A stretch of 47,765 nt of DNA from an uncultured Clostridia bacterium (GCA_964441745.1 CAYTYR010000005.1:62001-109765); one strand, 5' to 3'; numbered from the stretch's first letter, positions 1 through 9,633 are shown. Notes: generated from the sequence alone by a model not told the origin. Made by a program: numbers and translations.

Positions 1-1
1 T

Positions 2-400
2 GCTAACGGTGAAATGCTGCCCAGGGCTTTGAATGAGTTATATGAAAATATCCGCGATTATTTTGTTATTGAGGATAAGGGCAAAGTCGTGGCCTGCGGC
101 GCTCTGCATGTCAATTGGGAAGATCTGGCGGAAGTTAAAGCCTTTGCTGTCGCCAAAAGTCATCATCGTCAAGGATTAGGGACTATACTGCTCAAAGCCT
201 GTCTCAAGGAAGCCAAGGCCATGGGTATTAAAAAGGTCTTTGCTCTCTCTTACCAGCCGGACTTTTTTAAGAAGCATGGGTTCAGCGTGATCGATAAAAT
301 GCAGTTGCCGCATAAAATATGGAGTGAATGCGTAAAATGTCCGAAATTTCCTGATTGCGATGAAACTTGCCTGATCTATCCGAAAGGAGCTAAAGTTTAA
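2..400 (+). CDS. argA: GNAT N-acetyltransferase, short ArgA-like N-acetylglutamate synthase (5' partial)
   Basis: GEMLPR, LAEVKAFAV...GLG and LPHKIWSECVKC motifs of short ArgA; the frame is open to the window edge. Confidence 0.75.
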   Translation, partial: ANGEMLPRALNELYENIRDYFVIEDKGKVVACGALHVNWEDLAEVKAFAVAKSHHRQGLGTILLKACLKEAKAMGIKKVFALSYQPDFFKKHGFSVIDKMQLPHKIWSECVKCPKFPDCDETCLIYPKGAKV

Positions 401-1155
401 TGTTGGCAGTGAAGATAGAAAATCTGACTAAGATCTATAAAAGAAGGTATTTTCTTAAGCCGCGCTACAGCGTTGGCATAAAGAATTTAAACCTGGAAGT
501 AGAAGAGGGTGAAACCTTTGGTTTGCTGGGACTAAATGGTTCCGGGAAAACGACAACGATCAAGTTGTTGCTGGGATTACTATTTGCTGATAGCGGTCAA
601 GCCTTTATTTACGATCAAAAAGTGCCGCACCGCCTAGCCAGTAACCTGGTAGGTTACCTGCCGGAAGCCCCTTACTTCTACAGGTATCTCAGCGCCCAGG
701 AAATAATCGATTTTTATGGGAGGCTGAGTGGCGTTCCAGAACAAGTTCGGCAGAAAAAAATAGACGAGTTATTGGAATTGGTGAAACTGACTAAAAACCG
801 TCATAAAAGATTGTCTGAATTTTCAAAAGGCATGCTGCAGCGCGTGGGTATTGCCCAGGCTTTGATCCATGACCCGAAAATCCTGTTTTTTGATGAATTG
901 ATCACTGGCCTCGATCCAGTCGGTATTACGGAAATGCGGTCTTTGCTCCTGCGCCTTAAAGAAAGAAAGAAAACTATTTTTCTAAGTTCCCATATTATTA
1001 GTGAAATTGTAAAAGTATGCGACCGGGTGGGTATTATCAAGGAAGGTGAATTAGTGAAGGTAGTTGACTTGCGGCAATTGAAAAATAAGGATGCGGAGCT
1101 GGAAAAAATATTCTTAAGTACGGTCATGCCGTCTGGTCAGGAGTCACTATCGTGA
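400..1155 (+). CDS. ABC transporter ATP-binding protein (PilH-like)
   Basis: Walker A GLNGSGKT, signature FSKGM, Walker B LFFDE, H-loop SSH. Confidence 0.9.
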   Translation: MLAVKIENLTKIYKRRYFLKPRYSVGIKNLNLEVEEGETFGLLGLNGSGKTTTIKLLLGLLFADSGQAFIYDQKVPHRLASNLVGYLPEAPYFYRYLSAQEIIDFYGRLSGVPEQVRQKKIDELLELVKLTKNRHKRLSEFSKGMLQRVGIAQALIHDPKILFFDELITGLDPVGITEMRSLLLRLKERKKTIFLSSHIISEIVKVCDRVGIIKEGELVKVVDLRQLKNKDAELEKIFLSTVMPSGQESLS

Positions 1156-1919
1156 ATATATTGCCCATTGCTGAATATACGATCATGGAGAATATACGCA
1201 GTAAAATATTTTATATTTTGTTGCTTTTTGTTTTTATTATGATCGGCAGTTCCCTGGTGTTTTCTGCTCTGGCTCCAGATACCGAGGCCAGGGTGATCAC
1301 TGATATCGGTTTAGCCTGTATTGAAATGTTTACTTTAATGACCGGGATTTACGCCGCCGTTAACCTGGTTTTACAGGAAATTGAGAACCGGACGATTTAC
1401 CTGATAATGACCAGGCCATTACGCCGTTGGGAATATATCATTGGCCGTTATCTTGGCGTGCTGGTAATTTTGTGTTTTAATATTATCACTATGCTAGTCG
1501 TATTAATGCTGCTGCTAAAGTTAACCACTCACTGGATCCTTGATCCTATGTTTATCTGGAGCGCAGTAGCTATTTTCTTCAAGATGATCATTATTGTCGC
1601 TGTGGCCATGACTGCCAGCCTGGTATTTACATCCAGCATTACCGCTATGGCTTTTAGTTTCCTGACCTGGATACTAGGCCATTTTTCCAGCGAATTAAAA
1701 CTGATGGCGGAGAAAGTACAATCTTTTCTGGCCAAGGGGCTTCTGTATTTATTGTACTATGCTGTGCCAAATTTCCAGTTATTTAATCTGAAGGATAAAT
1801 TGGGTATACCAGAGGGAATGCCGCTGGATGTGGTTTCTATGGTTTTATTATACGGTCTGATCTATGCCGCTATTTTTCTAGTGATCAGCAGCCTATTCTT
1901 TAGCAAGAAGGAGTTCTAA
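1152..1919 (+). CDS. ABC-2 type permease (PilI-like)
   Basis: About 6 TM segments, EIENRTIYLIMTRPLRR motif, overlaps the ATPase stop. Confidence 0.85.
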   Translation: MNILPIAEYTIMENIRSKIFYILLLFVFIMIGSSLVFSALAPDTEARVITDIGLACIEMFTLMTGIYAAVNLVLQEIENRTIYLIMTRPLRRWEYIIGRYLGVLVILCFNIITMLVVLMLLLKLTTHWILDPMFIWSAVAIFFKMIIIVAVAMTASLVFTSSITAMAFSFLTWILGHFSSELKLMAEKVQSFLAKGLLYLLYYAVPNFQLFNLKDKLGIPEGMPLDVVSMVLLYGLIYAAIFLVISSLFFSKKEF

Positions 1920-1926
1920 GAAGAGC

Positions 1927-2682
1927 ATGTTAAAAAGAAATAGCTGGGGTCTTATTAGTATAATTATCCTGGCCGCGGTCCTGTTTAACCTGCGGACAAC
2001 TATTGAAGACAGGTATATTTATCCTTTTTCGCCTCTTGTGACCATGAAATATGTTGATGATAATCCTTATCTGGAGTTAGGCGCGGTGTTTTTCGGACTG
2101 CGTTCCCTGGCGGCAGATATCGTCTGGATTAAAACATTGCAATATTATGGCGGGCCGACAGAAGGCGAAACAAGAGCAGAGCATGATCAGCATCTAGCAG
2201 AAGAAGCGCACGGAGAGCATCATCATAATCTTCATGATGCTGATAATACGGCCTACCGCAAATTATATGCCCTTTGTACACGGGCTGTCTGGCTGGACCC
2301 TTATTATTTTCATGTCTATTACATCGGCAGTGGAGCTCTCGGCTTTGTCCAGGAACGCTATGAAGAAGCAGCCGCACTCCTGAAAGAAGGAGTAGTCTGG
2401 AATTATAATCCTAATAGTATCCATTACTGGCGCATGAATTATGCCCTGGCGGCGCTTGGTTATGAAAAAATAAAAGATTATAAAAAAGTGATAGCCATAC
2501 TGGAAAAAATGATCGATCCTGCGGATAGCCCACTGATCTTATTACGGGTGCTGGCTAATACCTATGAAAAAAATGCAGAATACCGGAAATCTATCAATAT
2601 GTGGAATTATATCGGCCATAAATTTCCTGACCAGGAGATAAAAGCGCAACAGAAAATTAATGCCCTGGTTCAAAGAAAGTAA
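1927..2682 (+). CDS. Membrane-anchored TPR-like protein (PilG-like) with His-rich insert
   Basis: N-terminal TM, ADIVWIKTLQYYG and LDP motifs, helical repeats, follows the ABC pair. Confidence 0.6.
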   Translation: MLKRNSWGLISIIILAAVLFNLRTTIEDRYIYPFSPLVTMKYVDDNPYLELGAVFFGLRSLAADIVWIKTLQYYGGPTEGETRAEHDQHLAEEAHGEHHHNLHDADNTAYRKLYALCTRAVWLDPYYFHVYYIGSGALGFVQERYEEAAALLKEGVVWNYNPNSIHYWRMNYALAALGYEKIKDYKKVIAILEKMIDPADSPLILLRVLANTYEKNAEYRKSINMWNYIGHKFPDQEIKAQQKINALVQRK

Positions 2683-2684
2683 AT

Positions 2685-2894
2685 ATGAAAAATTTAAAAC
2701 TGCTGGTCGGCTTGATCATGCTTATCTTTAGTATCGGGTATTTGTTCCGTCCGGACTTGATCATTAAAATCAATGATTGGGGCCGTAGTTTTGTCTTTAA
2801 TGATAAATATATTATGAAACACCGCAGAAAAGTAGGGGTGCTTTTCTTGATTCTGGCTTTTATCGCTATCTATATGAGTGTCACTGCAAAATGA
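2685..2894 (+). CDS. Small 2-TM membrane protein
   Basis: Two hydrophobic stretches, tight operon spacing on both sides. Confidence 0.6.
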   Translation: MKNLKLLVGLIMLIFSIGYLFRPDLIIKINDWGRSFVFNDKYIMKHRRKVGVLFLILAFIAIYMSVTAK

Positions 2895-4270
2895 ATAACC
2901 TACAGGGAAAAGAAGAATGGGATGAGGGAATAGTGCTGACATTGGGCAAAAATTTAATCAAGCAGATAAAAAATAAATTCAACCTGGAAGGAGAAGTGTT
3001 TATTTCCCAAAGCAAGGGGACCAGTATTGAAGTTAGCGAAGGGCTATGCGAAAAATTTAACCTTTTCCAGGATCATGGTATCGGGATCAGGGTCTTAAAG
3101 GATAAAAAATGGGGATTGTCCTATACCACTAATATTCAGGTTGATGCCGATGAATTGATCTCCGCTGCCATCCACAACGCTGATTATAATATCAGCGATG
3201 AATACAATGTGCTTCCGGCTGGCCGCCCGGCCGGCATTTCCTTTGAAGAGCTTAATATTTATGATGAATCTATCCGGCAGTTGGATGCAAAAAATAAACT
3301 ACAGATGATGATGCGCCTGGAGAAAGAAGCATTGTCCGCTGACCAGCAGATCAGCAAAGTGCTGGCCGCGGTTTATACTGACAATGAGTTTACGCAAACT
3401 ATTTACAATACCCAGGGAGTGGAAGCACATTGGCAGGAAACGTTATTTTCGGCGGTACTGGAATTGAAAGCGGAACAGGATACCAAGGTACAGGTTGGCG
3501 GGGAAAGCCAGAGCCGGCGTTTTTTTGGAGACCTGGATTTTGAAAAATTAGTAGATAAAGCGGTTTTCCGGACAGTGCGGATGCTGGGAGCGAAATCAGT
3601 GCCTACCCAAAAAATACCAGTGGTCTTAGACCCTTATGTCGGGTGTGAATTCCTGGCGATGCTGGCCGGTAGTGTGAGCGCTGATAATATCCAGCGTAAA
3701 AAATCCCCGTTAATAGGAAAACTCAATACAAAAATTGCGGCTGATTCAATTCAAATCATTGATGATGGCCGCTTGCGCCGGGGATTAGGATCTGGCCCAT
3801 ATGATGACGAAGGCGTCCCTACTCAAAGGACCCAGATAGTGCGGGATGGGATCCTGGGAAAAATACTTTATGACGGTTATACTGCTGCCCGGGATAAGAC
3901 GGTCAGCACTGGCAATGCCAGCCGGGGATCGTTCATGGGGTCACCTGGCGTCGGGGTCAACAATTTTTACCTGGAACAAGGGAAAATATCCCGGACAGAA
4001 CTGTTAAAAAGTATTAAGCAGGGATTATATGTCATGGAAGTCATGGGTATGCATACAGCTGATCCAATCACCGGTGATTTTAGCGTGGGAGTGAGCGGTC
4101 TCTGGATCGAAAATGGGCAATTAACCTACCCGGTGCAAGGTGTGGCTATGGCTGACAACATCCTGAATCTACTGCAAAACATTGAGCTGGTGGGCGATGA
4201 CCTGAAATTTTATGGCAATGTCGGCAGTCCCACCATCAAGATCAAAGAGATAATGGTCAGCGGTTCTTAA
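2891..4270 (+). CDS. pmbA: TldE/PmbA family protein
   Basis: DDEGVPTQ, STGNASR, TGDFS and GSPT motifs; lacks the HExxxH of TldD. Confidence 0.85.
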   Translation: MNNLQGKEEWDEGIVLTLGKNLIKQIKNKFNLEGEVFISQSKGTSIEVSEGLCEKFNLFQDHGIGIRVLKDKKWGLSYTTNIQVDADELISAAIHNADYNISDEYNVLPAGRPAGISFEELNIYDESIRQLDAKNKLQMMMRLEKEALSADQQISKVLAAVYTDNEFTQTIYNTQGVEAHWQETLFSAVLELKAEQDTKVQVGGESQSRRFFGDLDFEKLVDKAVFRTVRMLGAKSVPTQKIPVVLDPYVGCEFLAMLAGSVSADNIQRKKSPLIGKLNTKIAADSIQIIDDGRLRRGLGSGPYDDEGVPTQRTQIVRDGILGKILYDGYTAARDKTVSTGNASRGSFMGSPGVGVNNFYLEQGKISRTELLKSIKQGLYVMEVMGMHTADPITGDFSVGVSGLWIENGQLTYPVQGVAMADNILNLLQNIELVGDDLKFYGNVGSPTIKIKEIMVSGS

Positions 4271-4289
4271 GTGAAGCAGTTATAAGTTT

Positions 4290-4337
4290 TCCCCTGCTGA
4301 TTTGTCTTAAAGGACAAATCAAAGACGCGGGGACAGG
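4290..4337 (-). repeat. REP-like 48-nt hairpin insertion with CCTG foot
   Basis: TCCCCTGCTGATTTGTC-TTAAAG-GACAAATCAAAGACGCGGGGA-CAGG; related copy at 13196-13234. Confidence 0.7.
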
Positions 4338-4389
4338 TAAGTGTTAAGTTTTGAGTTAAGGAAAAGTTCTTTACCATAATTAATAATTC

Positions 4390-4425
4390 TCCGCCTTTAA
4401 GCTTGGCGGATCCGCCTCTGGCGGA
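4390..4425. repeat. Tandem TCCGCC-loop-GGCGGA REP-like palindromes
   Basis: TCCGCCtttaagcttGGCGGA followed directly by TCCGCCtctGGCGGA. Confidence 0.8.
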
Positions 4426-4467
4426 AAAACTCAAAATTCAAAACTCAAAATTATTAGGCGGTTCTAA

Positions 4468-5304
4468 ATGATTACAGGAAAGACTAAAATTTGTGGCATA
4501 TTCGGTTATCCGATAGAGCATTCTCTTTCGCCTTTGATGCATAACGCTGCGTTTAAGGCGCTAGATCTTGATTATGTTTACATTGCGGTCAAAGTAGCTC
4601 CGGAGGATCTGGCCGCGGCCATTAAAGCGATCCGGGCCTTAGATCTCGTTGGCGTCAATATAACGATCCCGCATAAGGAAGCAGTTATCCCTTTATTGGA
4701 TGAATTAAGCCCTGAAGCCAAAGCTATCGGCGCAGTCAATACTATTGTGAATTGCGGCGGCAGGCTGATCGGTGACAATACCGATGGTAAAGGATTTATC
4801 AAAAGCCTGGTTGAAGAAAATAAGATCAGACTGCAGGGGAAAAAAGTAGTTTTACTGGGTGCCGGGGGAGCCGGCCGCTCGATTGGCGTTAGCTTGTTAA
4901 AGAATAAGATCCAGGTTCTTTATCTGTATGATGTGGCAGAGCAAAGGAGAAATTCTTTGGCTGCTGCCTTGAAATCCATTAGCTCTGCCAAACAGGTAAA
5001 AGCGATCAGCCAGAATGAACTTAAGGAAGCGATCAAAGATGCTGACATCCTGATCAATGCTACTCCAGTAGGAATGAAGCCAACCGATCCCTGCGTTGTA
5101 GAGCCCGCGCTCTTGACCCAGAAACTATTTATCTACGATGTCGTTTATAACTGTGAAACAGCTTTATTAAAAGCAGCCAAACGCAAAAAAATAAAATGCG
5201 CCAACGGATTGGGCATGCTGGTAAACCAGGGCGCGATCTCTTTCGAACTTTGGACTGGGAAAAAAGCGCCAGTAGCAGTTATGTGTAAAGCTTTATCCGC
5301 GTAA
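4468..5304 (+). CDS. aroE: Shikimate dehydrogenase
   Basis: HSLSP, NITIPHK, GAVNT, NTD and GAGGA motifs. Confidence 0.95.
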   Translation: MITGKTKICGIFGYPIEHSLSPLMHNAAFKALDLDYVYIAVKVAPEDLAAAIKAIRALDLVGVNITIPHKEAVIPLLDELSPEAKAIGAVNTIVNCGGRLIGDNTDGKGFIKSLVEENKIRLQGKKVVLLGAGGAGRSIGVSLLKNKIQVLYLYDVAEQRRNSLAAALKSISSAKQVKAISQNELKEAIKDADILINATPVGMKPTDPCVVEPALLTQKLFIYDVVYNCETALLKAAKRKKIKCANGLGMLVNQGAISFELWTGKKAPVAVMCKALSA

Positions 5305-5374
5305 TCCGGCTAGACTGCCATTGCAACTAGATTTACTAAGTGATATTCTGAAAAGATAAAGACAGGAGAAAAGT

Positions 5375-6508
5375 ATGTTAAGATTCTTAACAAGCGGGGA
5401 ATCACACGGCAAAGCATTAATGGCCATCCTGGAAGGTATCCCCGCCGGTCTTAAACTGCAGGAAGAAGATATCAATATCGAGCTGGGACGGAGACAGGTT
5501 GGTTACGGCCGCGGCCAGAGAATGCAAATTGAAAAAGACCAGGCGCAGATCATCGCCGGCGTACGTCATGGCTTGACTATTGCTGCGCCAATCGGATTAT
5601 TGATAGAGAATCGCGATTGGGAGAACTGGGTGAACAAAAAAGTTCCTCCGGTGACTGCGCCCCGGCCCGGGCACGCTGACTTGGCTGGGACCTTGAAATA
5701 TGATTTTGCAGATATCCGGGATGTGCTGGAACGTGCCAGCGCCAGGGAAACTGCCGTTCGCGTAGCTGTCGGTGCGGTGTGCCGGAAATTGCTGCGTGAA
5801 TTTAATATTAATATTTTCAGCCGCACCGCACAAATCGGCAAAATTACGGATTCTTCTCCCTGGCGCCTGACGGCCAAAGAATGGGCAATAATAGAAAATT
5901 CGCCGGTGCGCTGTTTAGGTAAAGATGAAGAAAACAGAATGATTAAAGCGATCGACCAGGCTAAGTCATCCGGCGACAGTGTCGGCGGAGTAGTTGAAAT
6001 TGCCGCTATTAATGTCCCTATTGGTTTGGGCAGCTATGTCCAATGGGATGCTAAACTTGATGGCCGTTTAGCCCAGGCTTTAATGAGTATCCAGGCGATC
6101 AAAGCAGTTGAGGTCGGATTAGGAACAAAAGCCGCCGGCTTGCCTGGCAGTCAGGCCCATGATGAGATATCCTTACTTAAGGGGCTCGGATTGGGGCATA
6201 AAACAAATCGCGCCGGCGGCATCGAAGGCGGTATGAGCAACGGGGAAATCATTGTCCTGCGGGCCAGCATGAAGCCCATAGCAACATTGACGAAGCCACT
6301 TCATAGTGTAGACTTAAAAACCGGCAAAGTGGCTAAAGCTACCGTAGAACGTTCAGATATATGCGCGGTACCGGCGGCTGGGGTCATTGCCGAGAATGTG
6401 GTTGCTTTTGAATTAGTCCGGGCGATGCAAGAGAAATTTGGGGGAGATAGCCTGCGCGAAATGAAGAGAAATTATCACGGGTATCTGGAACAAATACGCA
6501 GAAAGTAA
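5375..6508 (+). CDS. aroC: Chorismate synthase
   Basis: GESHG, PRPGHAD, RASARETA, GGIEGG and MKPI motifs. Confidence 0.97.
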   Translation: MLRFLTSGESHGKALMAILEGIPAGLKLQEEDINIELGRRQVGYGRGQRMQIEKDQAQIIAGVRHGLTIAAPIGLLIENRDWENWVNKKVPPVTAPRPGHADLAGTLKYDFADIRDVLERASARETAVRVAVGAVCRKLLREFNINIFSRTAQIGKITDSSPWRLTAKEWAIIENSPVRCLGKDEENRMIKAIDQAKSSGDSVGGVVEIAAINVPIGLGSYVQWDAKLDGRLAQALMSIQAIKAVEVGLGTKAAGLPGSQAHDEISLLKGLGLGHKTNRAGGIEGGMSNGEIIVLRASMKPIATLTKPLHSVDLKTGKVAKATVERSDICAVPAAGVIAENVVAFELVRAMQEKFGGDSLREMKRNYHGYLEQIRRK

Positions 6509-6529
6509 ATATAAAAAATAAAAAATTAC

Positions 6530-6640
6530 GGTGAGAGTTATAGAAGTAGGTATGGAAGTAGGTTTAAAGTTTGTGGTTTAGAGCCTAACACCCATAGACC
6601 TTATACCAAACTTACTTCTAAAACATAAACCTAATAACTT
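6530..6640. repeat. 6-nt periodic hairpin, GGAAGTA family, copy 1
   Basis: GAAGTAGGTATGGAAGTAGG ... ACCAAACTTACTTC; related copies at 11929, 18721 and 27193. Confidence 0.85.
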
Positions 6641-6656
6641 TTTTATCTGGAGAAAT

Positions 6657-7172
6657 ATGAACATAATTTTAACAGGATTTATGGCCAGCGGCAAAACTTC
6701 AGTCGGTAAAATACTAGCCGCTAAACTTAATATGAAATATATAGATGTCGACGAGACTATTGAAAAAAACACCAAGCAGACGATAACAGATATTTTTAAA
6801 CAGCATGGCGAAACTGTTTTTCGTGACATGGAGACAAAAGCTATTAAATGCGTGGCTATGCTGGATCACTATGTAATTTCTATTGGCGGTGGGGCGGTGA
6901 TGCGCGCGGAAAACATGCATGAATTGCGGTCCAACGGCAAATTGGTTTACTTGTCTGCTTCACCGGAAGCTATTTTAAAGCGGATCGGTGACGCCAGTAC
7001 CCGGCCGTTACTGGCCCATGAAGCGGATAAACTAAAAAAGATCAAAGAAATGCTCGCGCATCGGGAATCATATTATAAAGAATGTGATTTTCAGATAGAC
7101 ACAACGAAATTAGATATCAAGCAAGTAGTCGATCAGGCCGCTGAATGGTATGCTCACAGGTATAAAAAATGA
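6657..7172 (+). CDS. aroK: Shikimate kinase
   Basis: GFMASGKT, GETVFR, GGG and RPLL motifs. Confidence 0.95.
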   Translation: MNIILTGFMASGKTSVGKILAAKLNMKYIDVDETIEKNTKQTITDIFKQHGETVFRDMETKAIKCVAMLDHYVISIGGGAVMRAENMHELRSNGKLVYLSASPEAILKRIGDASTRPLLAHEADKLKKIKEMLAHRESYYKECDFQIDTTKLDIKQVVDQAAEWYAHRYKK

Positions 7173-8269
7173 AAAAGGTCAAAGTTAATTTAAAAGAAAA
7201 AAGCTATAATATTATCGTCAGGGCTGACCTGGCCAAAATAGGCCAGGCGCTGCGCACTTTAAAAATTGGCCAAAAAATAATGATCGTGACCAATCCCAAA
7301 GTGAGCCGCTGGTATCTGCCGAAAGTAGAGCTTAGCCTTAAAAGAGCCGGATTCACTGTACATCGCACCATTATACCTGACGGTGAGCGGTATAAATCAC
7401 AGGAATCCGCTAATAAGATCTATGCTAAATGTCTGCAATGTGGATTAGACCGGGGTGGGACGATATTGGCCTTAGGCGGCGGAGTGATCGGAGACCTGGC
7501 TGGTTTTGCCGCAGCTACATTTATGCGCGGAATCAACTTGGTCCAGGTACCGACCTCATTGCTGGCCCAGGTAGATTCCAGTGTCGGGGGAAAAGTAGGA
7601 GTCAACCTGCCTGATGGCAAAAATATGGTCGGCGCTTTTTACCAGCCCAAATTGGTTTATGCTGATCTTAAAACTCTCCAGACCCTGCCAGCCAAGGAAT
7701 TTGCACATGGCCTGGCTGAAGTAATCAAATATGGAGTCATCTATGATGCCAGCCTATTTACTTTCCTTGAAAAGAATATGGGCAAGCTTAAAAAATTGGA
7801 TGAGGCTGTTTTAGAGAAAGTTATTAGCCGCTGCTGTGCCATCAAAGCCGAGGTAGTGGCTCTGGATGAAAAAGAAAATAATTTACGGGCGATACTCAAT
7901 TTTGGCCATACGATAGGACATGCCTTGGAAGGCATCACCCGTTATAAAAAATATAAGCATGGGGAAGCTGTAGCTTTGGGCATGGTCGGAGCAATGAACA
8001 TAGCAATTAGTTTGCGGATGGCGGATGGCAGTTTAGAGACCAGACTGAAAGAGCTATTAACCAAAGCTGGCTTGCCGGTTAGCATCAAAGGGATTAAATT
8101 ATCCTGGCCGATTTTTTTACGCTTTCTGCAGCATGATAAAAAAACACTGGCTGGAAATATCCGGTTCGTTCTTCCTGTAGCAATCGGTAAAGTGAAAATC
8201 GTAAACACTGTGCCATTATCCGTGATAAAAAATGCTTTAGTCTCTTTGATTAAAGGCAGTTGCAAGTAA
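7169..8269 (+). CDS. aroB: 3-dehydroquinate synthase
   Basis: GGGVIGD, DSSVGGK, KNMVG and LNFGHT motifs. Confidence 0.97.
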   Translation: MKKVKVNLKEKSYNIIVRADLAKIGQALRTLKIGQKIMIVTNPKVSRWYLPKVELSLKRAGFTVHRTIIPDGERYKSQESANKIYAKCLQCGLDRGGTILALGGGVIGDLAGFAAATFMRGINLVQVPTSLLAQVDSSVGGKVGVNLPDGKNMVGAFYQPKLVYADLKTLQTLPAKEFAHGLAEVIKYGVIYDASLFTFLEKNMGKLKKLDEAVLEKVISRCCAIKAEVVALDEKENNLRAILNFGHTIGHALEGITRYKKYKHGEAVALGMVGAMNIAISLRMADGSLETRLKELLTKAGLPVSIKGIKLSWPIFLRFLQHDKKTLAGNIRFVLPVAIGKVKIVNTVPLSVIKNALVSLIKGSCK

Positions 8270-8330
8270 AGGAGAATGTGGAAAGAAAGATAGTTAAGGG
8301 AAAGAATTGTGCATGACCACAGTGATTTTT

Positions 8331-8550
8331 CAGGAAACTGTCACTTTTTATTCGCTCCAGTGTCGATTTTCAAGGCGTCAAAGGTCTTTTGACAACTCGG
8401 TGCCTCCGCAACTAGCCCTAAAGGGCGTCAGACCTGCCTACCGGCAGGCAGGCATGCTCGGCATCCAGAAACCAGAAGATTCCCTCGTTGTCTGCAAGCG
8501 TGCTTTGGCTGAAATCGACAAGCTTGCTCAAAATAATGACGAGTTCCCTG
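8331..8550. mobile_element. About 220-bp MITE/REPIN-like element with imperfect terminal inverted repeats and internal mini-hairpins
   Basis: caggaaactgtca...tgtcgatttt versus gaaatcgaca...tgacgagttccctg; internal GCCCtaaaGGGC and CCTGCCTACCGGCAGGCAGG. Confidence 0.55.
8433..8452. repeat. CCTGCCTACCGGCAGGCAGG REP-like palindrome
   Basis: Near-perfect 20-nt palindrome with CCTG at both ends. Confidence 0.8.
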
Positions 8551-8608
8551 ATTGAATAAATTCAACGAGTATTAATGAGACGGATTCTTAAATTAAGTTA
8601 TTATCTAA

Positions 8609-8638
8609 TGACCCCCTAAATCTATAAGATCTGACCCC
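8609..8638 (-). repeat. Two TGACCCC motifs (reverse complement of the GGGGTCAG element)
   Basis: tgacccc at 8609 and ctgacccc at 8631. Confidence 0.6.
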
Positions 8639-8670
8639 AAAAATATTGGTTCAGCGAAGGAGAAAATGAT

Positions 8671-9069
8671 ATGGCAAGAGGAAAAGGCTGGAAGATCAAA
8701 GGCAATCTGAAGTCACGCATTGGCAACCCGGTCACTTTTAGAACGCCAAAGGATGTGGGAGCCAAGGGAGGAACTCCTGTCTCCGGTGCTGTTGTTGACG
8801 AAGTGTGGGCAACGCCGGCGCTCAACACGTCACCTGCAAGACAAGCGCAAGACAAAGATGACTGGGGTGATTATTCATTCTGTGCCCAACTCATCAAGTG
8901 GGGTGAGAACAACCATTCCATTCGACTCGCCTACTACCGGCGGCGCGCCGGAGAAGACTGGTGGGAGTTTGCATCCCAAATGACGGTCAATAGTGATTGG
9001 CGAACCATCAAGGCTCTATTGGAAAGGACTCTCACTAAGACCGGATGGTTCTCGGATACCCCCAAATGA
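8671..9069 (+). CDS. Hypothetical protein (orphan, Trp-rich)
   Basis: 132-aa ORF with AAGGAG RBS; GC-richer than the adjacent island genes. Confidence 0.7.
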   Translation: MARGKGWKIKGNLKSRIGNPVTFRTPKDVGAKGGTPVSGAVVDEVWATPALNTSPARQAQDKDDWGDYSFCAQLIKWGENNHSIRLAYYRRRAGEDWWEFASQMTVNSDWRTIKALLERTLTKTGWFSDTPK

Positions 9070-9107
9070 GCCAAACAAAAGATAAATAAAAGCAGAGAAG
9101 GAGTAAG

Positions 9108-9488
9108 ATGAAACTTAAAGAGCAGGTATGTAGTTTAAAATTAGCGAAAGAGTTAAAAGAATTAGAAGTAGAGCAGGAGAGTTTATTTTACTGGTGTGAG
9201 TATGCCAAAGTTTGGGTTTTGGTTTACAGAGATAATATAGCGGAAGGTTTATCGGACACCGATAAAATTTCTGCTTTCACGGGTGCGGAGCTATGGGAAA
9301 TGATTAAGAAATGTCCAGGAATCAGTCGTAATATATTGGATGGTATGTGGACTGCTTTTTTTACTTGTGATACGAGTACGGATGAAGGGAATATTCATAG
9401 AACAGAAGCTGATATGAGAGCTATGGCTTTAGCAATGCATCTTTGGCCTGCTCGGGGTGGGAGACCAGAGAGTAAAGGAGATTATTAA
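9108..9488 (+). CDS. Hypothetical protein, phage-like
   Basis: AAGGAG RBS; QVCSLKLAKELKELEVEQESLFYW and SAFTxAEL resemble, from memory, uncharacterised phage proteins. Confidence 0.65.
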   Translation: MKLKEQVCSLKLAKELKELEVEQESLFYWCEYAKVWVLVYRDNIAEGLSDTDKISAFTGAELWEMIKKCPGISRNILDGMWTAFFTCDTSTDEGNIHRTEADMRAMALAMHLWPARGGRPESKGDY

Positions 9489-9549
9489 AAGTTAGAATAA
9501 TTTGCTTAATGTTTGGGCAAGAAATATTTGGAATCAAAGGAGGAAAGAT

Positions 9550-9633
9550 ATGAGCAAGTCTCGAGAGATAATAAAAGATAATACAGGTAGGCCTATTGCA
9601 ATCATAGATACTTATGATGATGGAAGGAAGTAA
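9550..9633 (+). pseudogene. 27-aa micro-ORF or truncated gene (MSKSREIIKDNTGRPIAIIDTYDDGRK)
   Basis: Strong AAAGGAGG RBS; the stop lies inside a 17-bp tandem duplication. Confidence 0.45.

Larger units (their letters stand above)
4278..4453. repeat. 7-nt periodic imperfect inverted repeat (AGTTTTR / AAAAYTC) carrying two nested GC-rich insertions
   Basis: Left units agttata, agttt|ta, agtgtta, agttttg; right units ataattc|, aaaactc, aaaattc, aaaactc, aaaatta. Confidence 0.8.

Noticed and set aside
8307-8555. 82-aa ORF
   Set aside because: It spans the foldback element and its PAYRQAG segment is the translated palindrome; probably spurious
9066-9085. GCCAAAC after the orphan stop as an integron attC site
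   Set aside because: Mismatch to RYYYAAC, no recognisable partner arm and no integrase
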